A stretch of DNA of 63,960 bases, filler included, from Intoshia linei (taxonomy: Eukaryota; Animalia; Orthonectida), in assembly GCA_001642005.1 (NCBI GenBank). It is 4 parts of 4 records of this genome, joined end to end, with 100 filler letters (N's around TTAATTAATTAA, not from the genome) between each part and the next. Parts side by side here need not be neighbours in the genome. Positions count along the whole stretch, not along the records: positions 1 to 29,089 come from LWCA01000394.1; 3 more parts are not named here. One strand, written 5' to 3'. The notes beneath the pieces were generated by a model, which saw only the letters and a list, made by a program, of their open reading frames with translations, was not told where the DNA came from and ran no database searches. Every line of letters starts with the position of its first letter. Positions within the stretch are counted from its first letter, which is position 1. Below are positions 1 to 12,700 of the stretch, one piece after another. A program made the position numbers and the translations under genes.

Positions 1-1772
1 AATACCTTGATCAAAATATAGCTCAACCAGTGACCATACACGAGTAGAGATCGAACACACAACTTTTGTTTTACCAAAACACAATAAACCTAACCTTTTC
101 CTATTTTGTTCATGTATGATAATAATAAAATTTCATCAATGGAGATTAGTTACACAAACTAATCAAGATAAATAAAGTAAAAATCAAGGCTAAAATTAGT
201 ATTATTGAACATTTTATTGAAATTTTTAGAGAAAAATATACATTTTTGACCTTTACTCAAAAACGCTACTAAGAATTTTTTTTTAAAATACTCCTGAAAG
301 TGTGCCAAATCAGAAAATGTTAAAATTTTGGATGAGTAATTTTTTTGAACTAAATGTTAGTTCAGACAGGTTGTGGACCTATAATAAGATAAATTTTAAC
401 CTCCCAATTTCACATCTTAAGGGTCAAAAACCCCTGTTGTCCCTCTTTTTGAAAATTAAACGAGTTGGACAATTTAAAAAATTATTTCTTCATGGCCAAA
501 ACCCCAAATTCCCTTCCTTTTTTTTTGAAAACAGCCCTAGAATTTCAAAAAATTTCAATCCGAATAAGTGACGACTTCACAGTCAAAAATGTATTTTAGT
601 ATTATATATTTTTTTTCCGAATATTTAATGTCAAGTGTTAAAAGACGTAGAATGTGTAAAATTTTCATTTATATTTTAATTTTGGGTTTTAGAAATTTTT
701 TTGAACCAAATTATAAGGGGGTTTCTTAGAATTTTTTTAACAGAAATTTAAGGAAGGTTTTTTCAGACATTTTTTTGAACCAAACCAAAGTTCAAAAAAA
801 ATTTCTAAGAAAATCGCCCTTAAAGTAGTTATAAAGTAAAACTTGTAAAAAATATCGGACTACCATTTACATTTGGACAACTGAGTTCCAGAAATTTAAA
901 AACACAAATTCTAATTAACATAAGTAATAAATATTTAATAAAGAAATTTAAACATATAATTATTCTTCAACCTATAAAACAAATTAAATGATAATAATAA
1001 AAAAAAAGTTAATCAAAATTTTACTACATATCGACCACCATTGTTCAATTTTCGATAATAGACAATGTTAATTGGCAGACTGTGGAAAAACATGACAGAC
1101 CCAGTAAAAATAACATAAATCGCGTATTTATTCAACATACCACCTGGGTAATTCTAAAATAATTTTTACATTTGACATTACAGTAAACCCTTTCAGATTT
1201 CGTATCCACCTTTAAAAAAATTTATATACATTTGTATCAGGGGTCGGCAACCAGTGGCCCACAGAATAATTTTGGTGGCCATTTGAGTAAATATGTAAAT
1301 TATTTAGTTTTCAATTTTTAACTACCCATTTTAAACATGTTTTACTATAATTGGCTCAATATATTCATTTTAATATTGAATTTTCAGATCGGCCTGGATT
1401 TTATTTTGTTGAATATACTGAAACCGTTTCTTTTCAGTTAAAATTGAAATGTATCATGTGTAAATTTTAAAAAATGGGATCTGTAGAATTTTTTCATAGG
1501 AAAAAGTGGGCCACAATATGTAAAGGTTGTCGACCCTTGATTTGTATGAATGTAATATATTCAATTTTTACAATTTCAAAAATTATCACAGCAATCATTT
1601 TAAGTTTAAGTCAACAGATTTAATTTTAGTAAGTTTTAAACATGAAAAAATACACTAAAACATTAGAATCAAGTCATTAAATACATACCGATCCAATTCG
1701 ACCAAAATCATCATAGTTTCGTTTAAAAACTGGGCTAGATTTAACAATTTTGAGTAAATTTGACCTGATCAT
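1..1772 (-). CDS. Probable multi-exon gene of unknown product, head-to-head with RPL19 and running off the left end
   Basis: ATG at 1772 opens MIRSNLLKIVKSSPVFKRNYDDFGRIGS followed by a GTATGT donor. Further open, splice-site-bounded blocks lie near 1030-1210 (NYPGGMLNKIRDLCYFLLGLSCFSTVCQ) and 6-100 (KRLGLLCFGKTKVVCSISTRVWSLVELYFDQ). No family recognised and exon joins are uncertain. Confidence 0.35.
390..625 (+). mobile_element. Internal fragment of the non-autonomous Helitron-like repeat family
   Basis: Near-identical to 6220-6470 and 30635-30950 (aacctcccaatttcacatcttaagggtcaaaaacccctgttgtccctc...aataagtgacgacttcac). Confidence 0.8.
1238..1539. mobile_element. hAT-type MITE
   Basis: TIRs CAGGGGTCGGCAAC / GTTGTCGACCCTTG; exact 8-bp TSD ATTTGTAT at 1230-1237 and 1540-1547. 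Confidence 0.9.
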
Positions 1773-2020
1773 TTTGTTTTAATGCAACTATATTTGCAAT
1801 TTCTATGTAACTGAAAAAAAATTTATTGCGAATTTAAAAAACTATAAAAATGTGTATTTACAACAAATACACGCAAACAAAACAGCTACACAAAATTAAA
1901 TTCAATAAACAGTGTCATACAGTACTGTATTTAAAATTAAATTTGCGCTTAAAATAAAAAGTGTTATAAATCAACTTAAATTTATTGTCAATTTGAGCGA
2001 TATAAAAATTTTCAAGAAAC

Positions 2021-2797
2021 ATGAGGTAAACATTTTAATAAAGAAATTATAAAACTGAAAATGTAGTTTAAAAATCCAACGAAGACTAGCGGCGTCTATA
2101 TTAAAATGTGGAAAGAATAGAATTTGGTTGGATCCTACTGAAAGAAACGAAATTACTGGGGCTGCATCAAGTAAAAAAATTGAATTGAAAAAATAAATAT
2201 TGATTTTTAGGGAGAGCCTTAAAACACATAATTAAGAATGGTGTAATCATTAGACAGTCTGTTGCTGTTCACTCTAGATATAGAGCTAGAAGAAATACAA
2301 TAGCAAAGCGAAAAGGTCGACATTCTGGTATTGGTAAACGAAAAGGTACGGCAAATGCTCGTATGCCAACTAAATTGGTACATATGAGACGTATGCGTAT
2401 TTTGAGAAAGTTGCTTAGAAAATATCGACAAGATAAACAAATTAATAAGCACCAGTAATTACAATTTAAAATCTTTTAATATTTAAATAATTTAATTTAT
2501 CGTATTCCAATTTCTAGAGTTAAGTTAATTTTATTTTAGATACCACACTCTTTATGCTAAAGTTAAAGGAAATGGTTTCAAAAATAAGAGAGTTTTGATT
2601 GAATATATACAAAAAGAAAAAAATGAAAACATTAGAAATAAAGCCAAAAAGTATGGCTCTTTTTTTCATTTGATATCTTTATCATTAGGGATCAAATTGA
2701 ATCCAGACGACAAAAGGTTAAAGAAGCCAGAAAGAGAAGAGAACAAAGAGTCGCTGAACACAGATCTGAAATGCTTAAAGTACCAATTATCAATTAG
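2021..2797 (+). CDS. RPL19: 60S ribosomal protein L19 (eL19), 5 exons
   Basis: Exons 2021-2025, 2067-2170, 2211-2454, 2540-2650, 2689-2797, all with GT-AG introns. They give [27 protein letters not shown]...[34 protein letters not shown]...[19 protein letters not shown]...PIIN*. Confidence 0.97.
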
Positions 2798-2844
2798 GTT
2801 TAATTACAATTATATTTACCTATGCAGTAAAAAAATGTACACAT

Positions 2845-4189
2845 TAAATATTTTAATGCATCAGGATTCAACTTTTCGCGAGCTTTGTATGATTCTATTT
2901 TTTAAGACATGTATGTGACTGTTTGGTAATAGTATTTCTGATGGTTTCCAGTGTTTTAAGTCTAATACTATTTGCACGCAATATTCGTTTTCTTTTTTCA
3001 TTTTTTCTTTTGATATTCTATTTATATTGTTAACATTGCATCTTATTGCAAAATAATGTTAATTTTTATAAGTGTAACATGTAGTTTTAAATATTTAAAA
3101 TTACTTGTCGTAGAATTCTTTGTTTGTGATTGTTTTTTTCTGAATGTAATTTAATATGTCAAAAGTGTCATTCAGTAAATTTCTTCTAAATCGATTTTTA
3201 ATTTATATTTCCATTTTTTTGAATTAAAGGCCAACTAAACTATTAACATAAATTCACCTTCCAAATGCAATTGGTACAGTACATGATGTTTTAAAAAAGT
3301 TTTTTGAATATTCTGAGCTTTTGTAAAAATTTAAACATTTTTTGTTGGACTGGAGCGGTAATTTCACTTCTAAATTTTTTATTTACATTATTTATATTCT
3401 AGTATCTTTTTTAAGGCTGGTTGAAATTTTATTATTAACTGTTTAATTCATCAACATCTAAAAAGTTTACAAAACTTCATCAACCCTCTTTGTAAGTCGA
3501 TATTTATTATTTAAGTTTATTGTAAATATTTAACCTCCATTATCACACTTTTCATATAAGTTTTGTTTATTTATGTAAAAATTTGATTTTGTAGCATAAT
3601 GAGTACTGTCCCATTTAGTTTTGAGTGTACATCTGTTTTTTTCGTTGCAATGAATCACCCATTCTTTTTTACTTGAAATACATGGCCGTAATTCTATTTA
3701 AAATAATTTATTCAAGATATGGTCCATATTTTTTGGGCATGGAAAAAATTCAAAGTTTTGTAATAAATTTAAAATGTTCTTGGAACTCGAATGAGCTATA
3801 CTATCAATGCAAAATTAACATGTTGGCATACATTTATATTAATGATATGAAGAATTTTTACTGGGTTTTTTAATGACAGGACTTTTTGTTCCAGCGCTAT
3901 TTTTCTTATTTCTTCTTTTGGAAGTCCAATCAAGATTTACACTACATGCAATGTATTTAAATTTAAATGTACATTACTATTTTTTTTTCGGTTCAATTTT
4001 ATAATGCGGTAAATGAGTAATAATTTTTTTGTCGTCAATATTTTTTACGTTATTATTACATCTATATTTGGTTTTATATATGCATGTACCAGGAAAATTG
4101 TTGATGATTGGAAAGTGTCGTTTTTCCAACATTGGACAAATTGAATTGTAATAACCTAATTTAATAATGTGCCATGCTACAAAAAACAT
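2845..4189 (-). pseudogene. Decayed coding-like sequence of unknown origin
   Basis: Successive codon-like, Lys/Arg-rich open stretches (ORF 4189-3977; YVNLDWTSKRRNKKNSAGTKSPV; NRISKEKNEKRKRILRANSIRLKTLETIRN) broken by stops and frameshifts. No homology recognised. Confidence 0.3.
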
Positions 4190-6059
4190 TTAAATTTTGT
4201 TATTGTATTTATAACTTAATTAACACTATTATTGTACTATTTTGTGTTGTCTTTTATACACATTAGTGGTTTGTCGTCACTTTATTCAGTAAATATATTA
4301 ACTATTCGTTTTAAATTTTATTAAAGGAAATGTATATTTTTTGATTATTCGTATTCTTTTCAACTGAGTCTTTTTCGTTTTCTATGAAATTAATAAATAT
4401 GCATACCTAGTTTTTTTGTGGCCTTTTCGTGTAACCTTTTCATAACTTCGTCACATCGTATCTATTATTTAGATTAAATGATATACAGTAATTAATTATA
4501 TTTAATTATTATCATCACCTTTAAATCTTTGAGTTTAGCGCGCAATGTGACGAATGCAATGTGGTATTTTCCATTCAAATGTTGCTGTCGTCGATTGTCA
4601 AAATATAAAGAATTTATATATATTCCACACACATCGCATGCTCCGTAATTGTCTGTATCATCTCCTTCCAATTGTACTGTACGGAGGATCTATTTTAACG
4701 TTGAAATTGTAAATTTTATAATGATTTTATGCAAATTATATATTTACCACTAGTCATTTATATACATAATTATATGTGTTCATATGTATTAATAAAATTG
4801 GCAACTTTTTATATTAATTCAATTTACTGTTGAATTTAATCTTAAATTTATTAAAATATCACATTATTGCGTATTTTATGAAAATTTTAATTTTTAATAA
4901 TGTAATACTATCCCATATTAGAATATTGGGATTGATTCAAAAAAATTAATGCAGCATGACTACGTAATGGTAGACTAATATAATAGTTTTAATAAATAAT
5001 TAATGTATATTTTTAAAATAAAACATTTTAAATTTTATCAATAAACTAGTACACAAAATTGACTTTTTTTTGATCTAGACAGCCGTGTCAAACTTAAGTA
5101 CGTGGCGGGCATCATTATTTTGAAAAAATTTTGGGCGAACCGTATCATACAATTTTTCCGAGTATCACATTTGGAAAACATTATAATATGAATCAAGATC
5201 ACTGTAATACTCAAAATTATATTGGAAAATTACTTCAAACCACATTATAAATTTAAGATACAATCAACCAGCATAACTGATTAACATTACTGATGATGGT
5301 GTATTTAACTCTTGACATAGTAATCGTAAGAAAATAAGGAATATTAATATATACTTGTATCTGGGATCAATTTTTCTTTGTAGGATAGTGTAATGAATAA
5401 TATGTAGTCTGATAATATAATAAGTATGATAGAATCAGAACGGTTTATGCGTAAATGGTGTATTTTGGCAAAATATAATATACTTTAGAATGAATCATAA
5501 CTTATGACTAGAGCTTGCAATTTCTCGAAAATTCTCGAAAAAAATAAACTCATAATATTAGACAATAAAAATTTTTAAATATGGAAAAACTAAAAGTTCC
5601 AAAATCGTTAATATTTTTGAAATAAGGACGGATTATAATCGGCTTGTATTTATCGCGTCAGTATTTTAGATGGTTTGTCAGTAGAAATATTGACTTGTCA
5701 TTTGATCTAATGGATTGGCTGTGTTTTAGGTGTCAGTATAAATATTTGATTGTCGTTATTTAACTTGGAAGGGCAGTAAAAAAAATTATTCTGTTCTGTA
5801 TAAAATGAAACTGACAAAAAATGCTTTTGTAAAATATTCTATTTGTTCTCATAAAAAAATATTATCTGGTGTTAATACCATAGAATATTTCTATTTTTTT
5901 TGTAATATGGTTTGTAGGTATAATATGGTATTTTAATATTTCAGTTTTAACTTGGGTCTGTAGTGGATGATATATTATTTCAAAAACTAGATTTTTAATT
6001 CTTATACTGATTCTCCAAAACCATCAAACTTACAATTGAATTTTTTTACTGACAAAATA

Positions 6060-6774
6060 TTCTAACTTATATAGAATGCGACGCGATTTTTGTCTGTGTG
6101 TGTGTGTTCAGCTTTATTTAAATAACTACCCGTCTTAGAATTTTTTAAAGACTACATTTCAATTACAGTTTTTTTCGGGCGTATATTAAGATATATTCAT
6201 TACATCATACATATATTTCAACCTCCCAATTTCACATCTTAAGGTTCAAAAACCCCTGTTGTCCCTCTTTTTGAAAATTAAACGAGTTTGAGAATTTAAA
6301 AAAATTATATCTTCAAAGCCAAAATCCCAAATTCCCTTCCTTTTTTTTAAAACAGCCCTAGAATTTTAAAAATTTACAGGTGGTAGAGTTGTATCATGTT
6401 AACACAATAAAATTTCAATCCGAATAAGTGACGACTTCATGGTCAAAAAAGCATTTTAGTATTTATATATTTTATTAAAACAAAAAATATGAAATAATCA
6501 ACGGTCCGAAAATTTAAAAAAAGGATTATTCTGATACAGCTTATTTTATTTGATATAAATACAAAATTTCAACCCCAGAAATCTACGCATTCCCAGTGCA
6601 AAATAATTTTTAATAAGTATTATCAATCAATATTTACAAATGTTTGAATTAAATTTTAATTTAAAATCAAAAATGAATCTAAATATTTAAAAATCTAAAT
6701 ATTCATCATAGAGCTGTAATTCTATTTGTACAAAGTACAATAATAAGTAAATAACAAATAAACAGTCAAGCTGG
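6060..6774 (+). mobile_element. Non-autonomous Helitron-like element in the large LUC7-B intron
   Basis: 5' end tctaacttatatagaatgcgacgcgatttttgtctgtgtgtgtg; family core; degenerate 3' end tgtacaaagtaca...cagtcaagctgg. Confidence 0.75.
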
Positions 6775-7369
6775 TCATTTAATATAACTATATTATTATA
6801 TAATATATACAAAATATTCATCAAAGAATTGTTGATGTAAAAGTTTGATACTAATTTTTAAAAATTTATAAAATAAAGTAAAATTTCTTTGCGCCGCGGT
6901 GCAACAGTTAACAATCACTGACTTAGTCACTATGATCACCATTTTAACGAAAATAATTGAAAATATTTTTTTTTCGGTATTCTACCATATAGTATACAAA
7001 TATTTTTGACGTAAGAAAAAACTTTGTTTTTGTCTAGTTTAGTTTGTGGTTTTCACTATGAAATTGCAAGTTTTGACAATGCTCATTATTTTAAAAACTC
7101 CTAGAATATGTTTTTTAAAATTTTGACTTTTTTCATTTTTAAAAAATAGTCATTTATGGTTTGACCGTGAAGGTTTACAATATTTTTAATTAAATTTAAC
7201 TTATTTTAAATCTTACTTTCTGCGCCAGAGAAAAATGATCAAAAGTTTTTTTTTGATTTTTCTTGACTAGATTTCAGAAATAAATCTACACAGACACTCA
7301 CATTTTTGACAAGTTTTACTTTATATTTATTATACAAGTAAGGATAGCTATAGCTCAGGCTATAGCTAT

Positions 7370-7775
7370 ATGGAAGGGGGTATATCATAAATTTCTAAAA
7401 AATAAAGTAACCATAAATACTGTGAACAATTAGAAAAATTAAATCACAATATTTACCTGAAAAGACCACTAAAGTTACGTAAAGGCAATATTATTCTACA
7501 AGACAATGCTAGACCTCACACTTATAAAAAACCTCTCAGCTTCTAAATGAGTTAAAATTTGAAGTATTACCACATCCACCGTATTTACCAGACTTAGCAA
7601 CATCTGATTTTTTCATGCGATTTTTTATGCTAATGGTATAAATAGACTACCGGAACGTTGGAAAAAGACTGTGGAAAGCAATGGTGAATATTATAATATA
7701 ACTTTATTTTTAATGTAATCAAATAAACTTTTTAATTTTGTTAAAAAAACGACATTACTTATGAAACGACCTAAT
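7370..7775 (+). mobile_element. Mariner transposase relic (3' half plus right end)
   Basis: IILQDNARPHT, FEVLPHPPYLPDLATSDFF and FYANGINRLPERWKKTVESNGEY with frameshifts and a deletion; terminus acttatgaaacgacctaata|ta. Confidence 0.85.
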
Positions 7776-9719
7776 ATATTCTACAATGTTTATCATATAA
7801 TATTGACATAAAAACTGTTTCAAATGATAATATTAAACATTAAGTTTTTGTAAAAAAAACTAAAAACATGAAAATAAACTTAAATTTAGCTGTTTTTTGT
7901 TAATTACTTAATTGATCAACGCTGAGTCATTAATGAGTATTTTTCAGAATTAGTCATCGGACAGTCATTTTTTTCAAATTACATCTCATCTACTGGGTAT
8001 GTTTTTGAATTTCTTAAAAAAAACATTTGATGTGACACCCTATAGTACATGTATTTGAAATGATCTCATTACTTTTGTATTTGTTCACTTTTATTCACAC
8101 TTTTTTAATTTATACATTTTTTTTAATAACATTACATATATAATTATTTTTAATCTATAGTGGAGCAATAATTTTATATTTATTTTGAGATTATTATTAG
8201 AAAAAATTTTGTTTCAACGAATCAATAGTATATTTTTAGATTGGTGTGTCCAAAAAGTTTTCAGATTGAAATGTGTGTCGCCAACCAAAATGGGTTGGAA
8301 AGCACTGCTGTAGGGTGAGTATATGTTAAAATACTCTTTTATAAAATAATATGAAAAATACAAATTTACCTACCCTTTTCGGTACGATCTACTTTACCAC
8401 CTGTTATTTCACATTTTAGCTCAATTATAAAATACATACATGTAAATATAATTATTTACGGATCTAGATTTTTTTTGTCGGTCAATTTTTCAACTTCTTC
8501 CATAATACGCTTAGCTGCAAATACATTGCCACATTCTCGTTCGTATTCTGCTTGGCTAGTCATTACATCAATTTGTGTATGTATTGAAGATACGGATTCA
8601 GCTTAAAATAGCATTAGTTTTAAAAAAAAATGAAATTTAAATAAATAAATTATACAACCAAACAGGGTGAATTAATTAAAAAAGTTACATTCATCATATT
8701 TATGACCATCATAATCGAGTAAGTTTGCATTCACTAGGATTAGGATGTAGCACCATGTATTGCATATGACATAACTCCGCATAGTAATAAATATAACCGC
8801 ATAGAATATATTACATACCATTGTGCATCTGTAATAAAATTTACATTTTTTGAAATTTTTTCGTTTTCTTTTTTTTTTTTAAGCAAACATTTGTCAATGT
8901 TGCTCTGATAAGCTCTGTCGGCACCATTAACGATATCATCCAGCATTTTATAGGCCTAAATAGATTATAATTGAATATAACAATAAGTACAATTTTTTCA
9001 TAATTGAAATTATCGCGTTTAGGGTGGTTTCTATATTCTTCTCTAGCCAAAACACTGTGAGTAAATCGACAGTCAAGTACTTTTGATCTCTAAATTGATA
9101 TTTTATTCAATTTTCTAAATTTGTTTGTATATTTACTTTCTAAATAAAATTATTAACATGTAAATACATGACAATTTTTAGTAAGTATATGGATCAGTAG
9201 TTCTCATTGAAAACTTGTCATGTGCCAATGAATCTGACATTTTTTTATTAGTTAAAATTTTAGTTATCGAATAAACTCAAAAAATATGTATATCTATTAC
9301 AAGAATCAATTGAGATCTACTGATCTATAAAATACAACAATTACCACTACTCTAAGATAATCATGAGGACAACAGTCTAATAAATGCTTTGCACATTTTA
9401 AAATCGAAAAATTTAATTTTTTTGTTGCAACTATCTAATAGATAAAATTATTAAGTTTACTTAAATATACCTAAATTATTATATCCCATAAGTTCATCGT
9501 ACATTTCCTTCATATTTTTTCGTTCTGCCGACATTGTTTGTAAATTTATATTTTTTTAAATTCAATAAATAATTTTTATAATGAAACTAAAATGTTAGAT
9601 AAGGCTTATCTAAGAATCTTTTATCGATTTTTTATTTTACATTTTAATTTTAATAGTCGACAATTTACGTTTACAATATAGTAAATGTATAAATGTTTAT
9701 TGAATTGTTTAAATTGAAT

Positions 9720-12700
9720 TTAGTGTTTTCGATGTTTACGCTTTTTGTGCCGTCTATGTGATTTTTTGTGATGTGATCTTTTTCTTTTTTTTTGAATTGA
9801 CTCAGATTTTGATCTTGAATCACGTTCAGATTGGCTTGATTTTGAATTTGAACGTAATTTTGAGCGAGATCTTGAACGAGAATTGGAATTAGATTTAGAT
9901 CGAGATTTTGATCGAGATTTAGATCGAGATTTTGATTGAGATTTTGATCGAGATTTAGATCTGGAATGATGAGAATCTGATGATGATTCTGCATTGTGTT
10001 TACGAGTATAATTTTTTCTATATTAAAATATTATTCAAATTTAATTCAATTTTTACTGATTTTTACGTTCTAGTTTTTGCATGGCTTGTTCATATGTTCG
10101 GCTCATGATTTGATCACATTTTAACTAAAAGTTGTATTATTGTTTTAATAAATGGTTAATAGAATAATGAGCAATATACAATAGTACATCGCCGAGAGCG
10201 AATGTTTCCATATATTTAATGCAAGAAAAATTATAATTTCAAAATTAATAAAATGGTAGGGAAAGAATACATATTGTACATTCTACATTTTGTGAGTTGA
10301 AATCAGCTATGAAAAATTTAAACACTATAAATTTACATTTAAATTAAATTCTAATATCGATAGTTACAAATTTGTTTGGATATCATTTATTTATATAAAA
10401 TTTAATGTGTGTCTTTGTTTCTGAGTTTTTAATACAGTTTTTCCTAGAGCGTGTTTAATAAACTAATATCTATTTTTCACTTTCCTAATTTGAGTCGTTC
10501 ATGGTCAAAAACCAAATTTTCCCTATTGATTAAAAAATAAATCAACCCAAAAATTTAATAAAACATACATTCTGGGACACTTTTTTAAATGATTAACATT
10601 TTCGTGAATCGCAGCCTCAGAAACTCTTACCTTCATGGTCAAAACCACAAATTACACTTTGTTTTAAAAATGAAAAATGTCTTAAAATCATAAGCATGAT
10701 AATAAATGGCAACCTCAAAAAAGTATATTTTCATGACGAAAACCCCATATTGCCCTTTTTTAAGATTGTTTTTAAATCAATAATTTATTTGGCAACTCTG
10801 GTTTGAATTTGAATTCTAATCATCTATTTTTTCTATGATTTTACTAAGATTTTATTTTACATTAGTTAAAAGTATTGTATTTTAAAAAATATTGGATATT
10901 TAAATGGTATTATGCATTTATGATATAAAAAGTTATGAAAAAACAAATTTTTTGGTAAATTTAAAATCTGGGATTCTAAAATTCTAAATGATGAAATAAT
11001 ATACTATTGCCAAAGCTTAACCTACCGTAGACCCCTCCTTGGTGACTCGTCGAAATTTTTGTAAAATCATTTTTCCAAGTTGAGCATTTAAAAAAATTAT
11101 CTTCTTCAATATCATAACTATTTTGTGTGCAAAATTTAAAATGTCAAGATAAGACGCTTCTTAAATGACGGGGTTATATGGCAATACGCATCGTTTGCGA
11201 AATTTCCTATTTTAAATTTTCGGATACCCCGAATTTGGTAGATGTGGCTCTAACTATTACACACAATTATTAAACTTTATATATGTAAGTGTATAATTTT
11301 TATGGTTACTTTTAAATCTTCGCGCTTTTCACGCATAGAAAGATATCCTGTATGGTATTTTCCAATTAAATGATCTTCTCGTCTTGAATCATACTTATTT
11401 GTATTTATAAATCCACCGCAAACTTCACATACGCTGACGTTATATCTAGCTCCAGGCAGATTTTTATGATTTATTGCAGTTTCCAATTCATTCTATATTT
11501 TATGGTTGTTAATGAATAAACATTTTCATTTACCTCTAACACACATTTTTCATTTTTAATTACAAGGACCTGCTCGACAACAACCTGAGATTCCTTCAAT
11601 CTTCCATTAGAACCAAATTTTTCGGCAATACTCAATTTATCATCAATTTCTTCTGTTAATTTGTTAATTTTTCTTTTCTAAATACAATGCTTACTTATAT
11701 AAAATTTTAAATTAAGATTAATCATAATTTTATGATTTAAAAAAATATCTGAGAATGTATATTTTATAAAATTCTAAGACTTTTCTCATTTTTATATTAC
11801 AGGGTAATTTGTGGTTTTGACCCTGAAGGTATACTTTTTAGAAATTGAAATTTATCATAATGTATATGATTTTAAAATCTGTATTAGTGTGTATATTTTT
11901 TTTAATTATAAGACTACTGTCTTTTCTTGATTTTAAGCAGATGCCTAAAATACAAATTTTTAGTGAAATTTTTAACCAAATATAATTTGAATATAATTAG
12001 TTTCTGCTTGTATTCGAAAGAAAAAACTTTAAACAAAAAATAGACAACATACCAATTTGTTTTTAAAAAATAACTTCTTTCATACAATAGAATGTCTAAT
12101 TTACAAGTTTTGCTTTCACCATATATAATATGTTATTTATGTTTTTATATTTTTTAAGGTCTGCTTAAAAGTCTACTTGTTTTTGGTTATAAGCATTTTT
12201 CCTTCTACTCTCGAATATAAGAAGACTTCTTATAATCGAGAAAAAACAGTACAGTATAATTTGATTTAAAAAAAAAGAATAATTGGGGTTTTTGACCGGG
12301 AAGAGATAAGTTTTTGAGATTTACATATATTTTAAGTTATATCTCGGAAAAATCTGATTGGAATTTGTGTTTTTTAAAATTCTAAGAGACTTAGTTATTG
12401 AAAAAAACGGAACACACATAGACAGACAAACAGACATTCAATTTTATTTTGTGTTAGGATTATTTAGCTAAAAATGTATGTCTATTTATGTATTTATCTC
12501 TCTGTTACAATTTATTTAAGAAAGTAACATGCGTAGAATTTTCAGAATACCAATTTCTAATACAGTTTTTCGAGGGTGAAGTTTTATAGTAAATTTAATT
12601 TTCAGAAATTTAAGTGCTTAAGGCTTAAAAACACAAATTATCTTTTTTTAAAATTGAAAAATGTCTTATAATGTTATAGAACATAAATTCTATGATAGGT

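Larger units (their letters stand above)
4311..9534 (-). pseudogene. LUC7: LUC7-like paralogue B, RS-less, with three lesions; pseudogene or splice-rescued gene
   Basis: Exons 9534-9471, 9434(or 9430)-9345, 9089-8991, 8955-8845, 8602-8460, 4689-4519, 4461-4407, 4381-4311. Motifs MSAERKNMKEMYDELMG, HLLDCCPHD, DCRFTH (ZnF1) and CDVCG...RRQQHLNGKYH (ZnF2). Exons 1, 3 and 4 are 64/99/111 nt, the same as paralogue A. Lesions: 2-nt deletion in exon 2, AA instead of AG at the exon 5 acceptor, exon 5 is 143 nt versus 144. Confidence 0.85.

Noticed and set aside
302-571. 89-aa ORF, and ORFs at 32377, 37570 and 27491
   Set aside because: They lie within non-coding repeats whose other copies do not keep the frame.
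2219-2452. Minus-strand ORF over RPL19, and similar shadow ORFs (15027, 22950, 39925, 42919, 47804, 56902, 61747)
   Set aside because: Antisense or alternate-frame shadows of real coding exons.
8829-8844. Possible 16-nt intron gtaaattttattacag plus micro-exons restoring the LUC7-B frame
   Set aside because: Implausibly short for an animal. Exon-length identity with paralogue A points to a simple acceptor mutation, and the 1-nt deficit at the end of exon 5 would remain.
9671-9994. ORF-track protein with DLNLDQNL repeats
   Set aside because: Wrong-frame reading of the LUC7 RS-domain exon.
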